Source: a virus. From it: DNA of 64,000 nt. Below the pieces are notes generated by a model that searched no databases, had not been told where the DNA came from, and worked only from the letters and a program-made list of their open reading frames with translations. The stretch covers positions 32,001-96,000 of IMG/VR virus record IMGVR_UViG_3300029787_004704. The stretch is one strand, 5' to 3'. Positions 58,715 through 64,000 of the stretch are shown here, piece after piece; within the stretch, counting starts at the first letter, position 1, and each line of letters starts with the position of its first letter. A program made the translations under genes and the position numbers.

Positions 58715-59953
58715 ATGTCTAAACCGAATGACACATATTGTCCATTACCATTTGTTGCGACAACAACATCTCCTGATGGATATTGCAGATTGTGTTGTGA
58801 AAGCACAATTCCTTATTACACTAAAGTAACTGATTTAAAACAGTGGTGGACCAGTGATACTATAAAAGAAATCAGGCGGAAAATGTTGCAAGGAGAACAT
58901 GTGAAAGATTGCGAAGTGTGTTACAAAGAAGAAAAAACATTAGGAACATCTTTGCGAACACAAGAAATTTCACATTGGGGTAAAATTGAACAGGCCACTG
59001 AATTGCCAATATATTTGGATATGAAATTGGGAAATTTTTGCAACTTTAGATGTCTCATGTGTGATCCTCTAAGCAGTAACAGAATTATGAACGAATGGCG
59101 TGAATTAGGATGGGATAAAGAATTACCATTTAGAGAAGCCTCAGTAAACCATCATGACATATCGACAGCATGGAGCACAGATTGGAGTTGGCCTAATGAA
59201 TTAGAATTTTGGAAAATTGTACAAGAGTGTATAATTTCCGGAGGTAAAAAATTAAAATTTACCGGAGGCGAACCTTTTTTAAATCCCCATGTGTTAAAAA
59301 TAATATCTTCTGTTGATAAAGATGTTGATATGCGATTTACAACCAACGGATCAATTTGGAATAGCAAAATAGAAAATGCATTAAAAAACAGAAGTGATTT
59401 ACATATTGTTGTGAGTATTGAAGGCACAAGATTAGTAAATGATTATATAAGAGACGGCAGTGAATATGATGTTATTCTAGAAAATTACAATCAAATGCAA
59501 AAATACTGTAAAACTATATGTTGGCAAACATCGTTTGGAGCAATAAATTTACAAGACATGCCAGATTTCATTGCACAATGTATAGAAAAAAAACAGCATA
59601 TTGCATTAATAGAAATACGTGGACCTGAATTTATGCAGATTACAGCATTAACTAAACAAGCTAGAAAGCAAACTATAGAAAAACTGAATCACTTAAAAAG
59701 CACCATTACAACAGGAATGTTAGGACAGACTAAGGTAGATCTCACAGCAAATAATGAGACAGTACAAAAATTATTCGCACACACAGATGAAGCAAAAATG
59801 TCTTCTGAGATCGATTCATTAATAAAAATTATCGAGAGTAGTCTTGAGATATCGCAATCTAGTAAACCACTGATAAATTATTTGTCTACATTGGATAAAT
59901 CTCGTAGTAAAGATTATAAATCCATCCTGAAGCACAGTGATTTCAACCCATAA
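58715..59953 (+). CDS. radical SAM protein with N-terminal SPASM/twitch domain
   Basis: YCPLPF..CRLCC..CEVCY; CNFRCLMC; FTGGEP; TTNG. Confidence 0.9.
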   Translation: MSKPNDTYCPLPFVATTTSPDGYCRLCCESTIPYYTKVTDLKQWWTSDTIKEIRRKMLQGEHVKDCEVCYKEEKTLGTSLRTQEISHWGKIEQATELPIYLDMKLGNFCNFRCLMCDPLSSNRIMNEWRELGWDKELPFREASVNHHDISTAWSTDWSWPNELEFWKIVQECIISGGKKLKFTGGEPFLNPHVLKIISSVDKDVDMRFTTNGSIWNSKIENALKNRSDLHIVVSIEGTRLVNDYIRDGSEYDVILENYNQMQKYCKTICWQTSFGAINLQDMPDFIAQCIEKKQHIALIEIRGPEFMQITALTKQARKQTIEKLNHLKSTITTGMLGQTKVDLTANNETVQKLFAHTDEAKMSSEIDSLIKIIESSLEISQSSKPLINYLSTLDKSRSKDYKSILKHSDFNP

Positions 59954-59966
59954 TAATTACAACACA

Positions 59967-60641
59967 ATGAAAGTTTATGTAGGATACGACACCAGAGAGG
60001 ATATTGCTTATCAAGTGTGTGAGCATTCGATCAAACGGCGTAACGGCAAAACTGATGTAGTTGCTCTTAAGCAATCAGAATTAAGAGAACAAGGTTTATA
60101 CACACGAGAAATAGACAAATTATCATCTACTGAATTTACATTTACGAGATTTTTTATTCCTTATCTACAAAAATACAAAGGATGGGCAGTTTTTTGTGAC
60201 TGCGATTTTGTATGGAAGATATCTCCTAGTGAATTAGAAAAATTTTGTGATGACACAAAAGCAGTGGTATGTGTGCAACATGACTATACTCCTGAAGAAG
60301 GTACAAAAATGGATGGACAAATACAATTACAATATCCTAGAAAAAATTGGAGTTCGATGGTGTTATGGAACTGTGGACATCCTTCTAATAAAAAACTTAC
60401 ACCAGAACTTATAAACAGAGAAACAGGCAAATATTTGCATAGATTTTCGTGGCTTGATGATTCTGAAATAGGTGAGTTGCCTTATGAATATAATTGGTTA
60501 GTGGGTTGGTATACAGAAACAGAGACACGCAAGCCTAAAATTTTGCACTACACAGAAGGCGGGCCTTGGTTTGAAAATTATAGAGAATGTGAATATTCTG
60601 ATGATTGGAAAAAGGAACTTATTAACCTATTCAGTTCATAA
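59967..60641 (+). CDS. GT-A fold glycosyltransferase
   Basis: YVGYD.RE, STEFTFTRF, FCDCDF, YPRKNWSS, HYTEGGPW. Confidence 0.8.
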   Translation: MKVYVGYDTREDIAYQVCEHSIKRRNGKTDVVALKQSELREQGLYTREIDKLSSTEFTFTRFFIPYLQKYKGWAVFCDCDFVWKISPSELEKFCDDTKAVVCVQHDYTPEEGTKMDGQIQLQYPRKNWSSMVLWNCGHPSNKKLTPELINRETGKYLHRFSWLDDSEIGELPYEYNWLVGWYTETETRKPKILHYTEGGPWFENYRECEYSDDWKKELINLFSS

Positions 60642-61363
60642 TGTCTAAATTAAGCATATTACAAAATGCAGGCCAGATCTTCCACAAGCCATATCCTCAT
60701 ATCATTATTGAAAATGCTTTGCCAGAAAAACTTTTTAATGAATTACACAGTACTCTTCCAGAAACATATGTAGCAGGAAAACCCTTGGGTCCTGATCATA
60801 GCAGGAGAGTTAAATTTCATGTGCTAGATGAAGACAAATGGCCTATTACTGATGTATGGAGAGATTTTTTTGAATATCATACATCACGTGAGTTTTTTGA
60901 CGAAGTGCTAGATTTGTTCGGCGACCATGTGTCACTATTGCCTATTCAGCCATCAAAAATTATCACAGGCAGAGGTAAAAAATATTCGAACAATATTAAT
61001 TGCTATCAAGACTGTCAATTTGTTAGACATGATGTGATGCCTGAAGGCGAAACCACACGCACTCCACATTTTGATAATTTGTTTGAAATATTTGCTGGAC
61101 TTTTGTATTTCAAACATGATTCAAGCACCGGTGGTGATTTTCACATACATGAACAAACACAACTGCCAACCATGGGCGGAAAAAACAATGCTATTACCAA
61201 TGCTGGCCCTATTTTTAGGACTGCTCCATATAAAAATAATACAGTTGCATTGTTCCTAAATAGCCGCTATGCTATACATTCAGTTGAGCCTAGATCCGGA
61301 ATACAACTTCCAAGATGGAGCGTCAACATTATAGGTAGGTATACAAATGCAAAAATGGTTTAA
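60641..61363 (+). CDS. 2OG-Fe(II) oxygenase
   Basis: PYPHIIIENAL, PHFDN, GGDF, IHSVEPR, RWSVN. Confidence 0.75.
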   Translation: MSKLSILQNAGQIFHKPYPHIIIENALPEKLFNELHSTLPETYVAGKPLGPDHSRRVKFHVLDEDKWPITDVWRDFFEYHTSREFFDEVLDLFGDHVSLLPIQPSKIITGRGKKYSNNINCYQDCQFVRHDVMPEGETTRTPHFDNLFEIFAGLLYFKHDSSTGGDFHIHEQTQLPTMGGKNNAITNAGPIFRTAPYKNNTVALFLNSRYAIHSVEPRSGIQLPRWSVNIIGRYTNAKMV

Positions 61364-61366
61364 TAA

Positions 61367-63079
61367 ATGTGTGGCATATACGGAATAACAGAACGTAATC
61401 CTGAATTCATAAATTCATACATCAAGCAGTGTTCACACAGAGGACCGGATGGTTACAGTATTTGGTATGACGATGATATCAGTCTAGGACATAACTTATT
61501 AGCAATTACATCTGATCCTGCACAAGGAAAACAACCTGTGGAAACAAGACATGGAGTATTAACCTACAATGGAGAGATATTCAATTATGCAGATCTAATA
61601 AAAGAAATAGAATGGAGTCCACAGACAACTTGTGACACAGAATATCTTTCACATGCATTAGGCACAATGCCACATGAAGTAGTCAATGACAAAATTGATT
61701 CAATGCACGCCTACGCATATTACAATAAAGCAAAGAAGCATTTGATCCTAAGTAGAGATCATGCAGGAATAAAACCTTTGTATTATGCTGAGATCCCACA
61801 AGGGTTAGTATTCGGTTCAGAGATAAAAGGTATGATTAACAAAGTGCCAAATGGACGATGCATAGACGACTTTGCCGCGGCCGCAATGAGTTATTCTGGT
61901 ATTAATCCAACTAGGAATACATTGTTTAAAAACATTAAAAAAGTTATGCCTGGCGAAACATTAGTGTATGATGTTGCTAACAAAAGATTTATTCATTCTT
62001 ATCAAAAAGTTATTACACCTACTTCCAAGGGCAAATTAGATTTAGAAGAGTTCAGGCATGAAGCACATGAAACTGTAAAAATGAGTACATTGGGTCTGAG
62101 AAAATTTGGTGTGTTTTTGTCAGGTGGTTTAGATTCTACACTGGTTGCATACGAGTTAAAAAAGATTCTAGGTGACCTTGATTCGTTTACAAACAAGATG
62201 GAACCAAATGTTCGTATAGGAGAGGACTTTAATGATGACGCAAATTGTGCCAAACGTTTTGCTGAAGATTACAATCTGAATCATCATAGTATTGTTGTTA
62301 CACCAGAAACAGTAAAACAAAGTTGGAATGCAAGTATGCACACCATGGAGCAACCTGTGTATAATATTAGTATTCCTATGTATTATCAAACAAACAAATA
62401 TCTTAGTGAACGTGGTGTTGTTGTAACAATGGCAGGAGATATGGGCGATGAATTGCTAGGAGGATATGCCAAGTATTGGAAACTGCGAAATGACCCGCCC
62501 AAAGACTTTAAGGATATGATTTGGAAATGGATGCACAGAATCAAACGTCCGGTACAATTAACCAGCAAGATAAATCCTAGAGACATACACTCAGAACTGT
62601 GTAAAGTTATTCCCGAAGATATCTGGAATCCCCAAGATCCAATTAATTCATATATGGCTGTTGATTGTATCACGCAAGTGCCTGAAGAATTTTTCTCACG
62701 CAATGATAAATTTGGAATGCAGTTTTCTATGGAAGGCAGATTTCCTTTGGCAACAAAAAGATTTATGAAATACTGTATGAATATGCATTCACAGTACAAA
62801 ATAGGCAAAAATAAAACAGATACAAAGTTGCCTACCAAACTTGCATACAAAGGTTACATGCCAGATTACATCATAGACAAAATGAAAACAGGATGGACGG
62901 TGCCATTGATTTATTGGTTGGGAAATATGCCAGAACTAAATGACTGGGCAATGAGTTATATGCTCAAAGAAGACTGTTTGAAAAAACAAATATCCATGAA
63001 AAACTGGGACAACAAAAAGACCAGAGTAGTAAGTTGGATGATGCGTTCATGGGCACAAATTTACGATATACAGTCATAA
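61367..63079 (+). CDS. asparagine synthase-like glutamine amidotransferase
   Basis: MCGI Ntn N-terminus, HRGPDG, YNGEIFN, RDHAGIKPLYY, LSGGLDS, GDELLGGY. Confidence 0.9.
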   Translation: MCGIYGITERNPEFINSYIKQCSHRGPDGYSIWYDDDISLGHNLLAITSDPAQGKQPVETRHGVLTYNGEIFNYADLIKEIEWSPQTTCDTEYLSHALGTMPHEVVNDKIDSMHAYAYYNKAKKHLILSRDHAGIKPLYYAEIPQGLVFGSEIKGMINKVPNGRCIDDFAAAAMSYSGINPTRNTLFKNIKKVMPGETLVYDVANKRFIHSYQKVITPTSKGKLDLEEFRHEAHETVKMSTLGLRKFGVFLSGGLDSTLVAYELKKILGDLDSFTNKMEPNVRIGEDFNDDANCAKRFAEDYNLNHHSIVVTPETVKQSWNASMHTMEQPVYNISIPMYYQTNKYLSERGVVVTMAGDMGDELLGGYAKYWKLRNDPPKDFKDMIWKWMHRIKRPVQLTSKINPRDIHSELCKVIPEDIWNPQDPINSYMAVDCITQVPEEFFSRNDKFGMQFSMEGRFPLATKRFMKYCMNMHSQYKIGKNKTDTKLPTKLAYKGYMPDYIIDKMKTGWTVPLIYWLGNMPELNDWAMSYMLKEDCLKKQISMKNWDNKKTRVVSWMMRSWAQIYDIQS

Positions 63080-63858
63080 GCAAATCCACTTCTCATTTCT
63101 TCTAATGTAAATTGATTATAAGACAGGTGCCATAACCATGGTTCTCTATCGGCATGTTTTGGCGTTTCTATTTTTGATAGATCTTGTTCAGCGACTTGGT
63201 AAGCAGAACACTCTGTTCCACAAAAAACAGGAATGCCTTCACACACTGCATCAATGGCCACAGATGAGTTGAATGTCACGACAGCCCATGCATCTGCTAG
63301 GTCTTCTGTAAGTGGGTTTTGTTGTTTGTTTTTGTTAAAACCACTCAAGGTAGTAATACCATTTTTCTCTGATACTTGCGGATTCATAGGTTTGTCTCTG
63401 ACTACTATTTCACGGTCTGTGTGCTGTTGTAAGGTCTTAATTGACGCCTCTAACCAATCTTGACTATCAAAGTACCATTCGATAGCTCCGGTGGGCGGAC
63501 ACACTATTATTTTACTGCCTGAGGTGCGCCATGGTTTTATAGGTCTAAAAAAATTCTTTTCATAACGATGTTTTGGCACACTTTTTAAATCACTGTTAAC
63601 ATGAGCATTTTTGGTAATTCTGTACCAAGCAGGATTTTTATCGTGACCTGCTTTAAAGTATGCGTGGTCGGCGAAATAATAAGATTTGGCACGTTTCATC
63701 ATATCGCCGGAACCACGCAATATTCCAAAGAAAAAATAATCCTCTTCAGGCATATCTTTATCGTTGGGAATAGGATTTATAATTTGGCCTTTCGTACCAT
63801 CGGCCCAAGCTTGTACTATTTTTTCAGTACGTGATCTCATTGTTCTAACGCATTTCAT
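63061..63858 (-). CDS. KpsS/LipB-like putative glycosyltransferase
   Basis: VRDKP, TFNSSVAIDAVCEGIPV, REPWLWHLSYNQFTLEEMRSG; paralog of 6324..7217. Confidence 0.6.
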   Translation of the reverse strand: MKCVRTMRSRTEKIVQAWADGTKGQIINPIPNDKDMPEEDYFFFGILRGSGDMMKRAKSYYFADHAYFKAGHDKNPAWYRITKNAHVNSDLKSVPKHRYEKNFFRPIKPWRTSGSKIIVCPPTGAIEWYFDSQDWLEASIKTLQQHTDREIVVRDKPMNPQVSEKNGITTLSGFNKNKQQNPLTEDLADAWAVVTFNSSVAIDAVCEGIPVFCGTECSAYQVAEQDLSKIETPKHADREPWLWHLSYNQFTLEEMRSGFAYDCIS

Positions 63859-64000
63859 AAAACTGTGTAAACATCTCCTCGAATAATCCTGATTTAATTT
63901 CTTGTTGAGTGTATTGATGCCAACTCAGTGTGGCCAACCATTCTTCGCGATTATCACTGAACACAGGATTGCCAAAATTTTCAATTGATTGTGCCACAGG
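63845..64000 (-). CDS. C-terminus of a further KpsS/LipB-like paralog (partial)
   Basis: Manual translation ...PVFSDNREEWLATLSWHQYTQQEIKSG...R*. Confidence 0.55.
   Translation of the reverse strand, partial: PVAQSIENFGNPVFSDNREEWLATLSWHQYTQQEIKSGLFEEMFTQFYEMR

Noticed and set aside
2506-63079. 7-deazaguanine (dG+) DNA modification pathway from the amidinotransferase and amidotransferase
   Set aside because: No DpdA, FolE, QueD, QueE or QueC recognisable in this window; the enzyme families present differ from ArcS and Gat-QueC.
1-64000. Stop-codon reassignment or inteins
   Set aside because: Core genes (portal, MCP, TerL, UvsX) are intact and of normal length in the standard code.

Overview
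A 64 kb segment of a large, AT-rich (roughly one-third GC), T4-like myovirus genome, probably marine with an unidentified host. 1-17.2 kb is almost all on the minus strand: UvsW helicase, a dense island of glycosyltransferases and sugar-tailoring enzymes, an amidinotransferase, peroxiredoxin, a GIY-YIG-like nuclease, an ATE/Bpt-like aminoacyl-tRNA:protein transferase cluster and a gp26-like baseplate gene. From 17.3 kb genes are mostly on the plus strand: tape-measure candidate, portal, prohead genes, major capsid, two repeat-rich fibres (802 and 3015 aa), neck/tail genes, terminase, SSB, UvsX, UvsY and a second sugar-tailoring island. Main observations: (1) a putative phage-encoded virion O-glycosylation system, with recurring D-S-(S/T) motifs in structural proteins, a Maf/DUF115-like transferase inside the head module and many GTs; (2) a ~330 nt highly structured non-coding element at 15.1-15.43 kb near the coding-strand switch; (3) an ATE/Bpt-like N-degron transferase; (4) a likely programmed -1 frameshift fusing the gp26-like gene to a start-less downstream ORF; (5) GCWGC avoidance with GCAGCT exempt; (6) widespread leaderless-looking genes behind TAA(A/G/T)TA and sigma70 promoters. 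All family calls come from motif recognition, not database searches.
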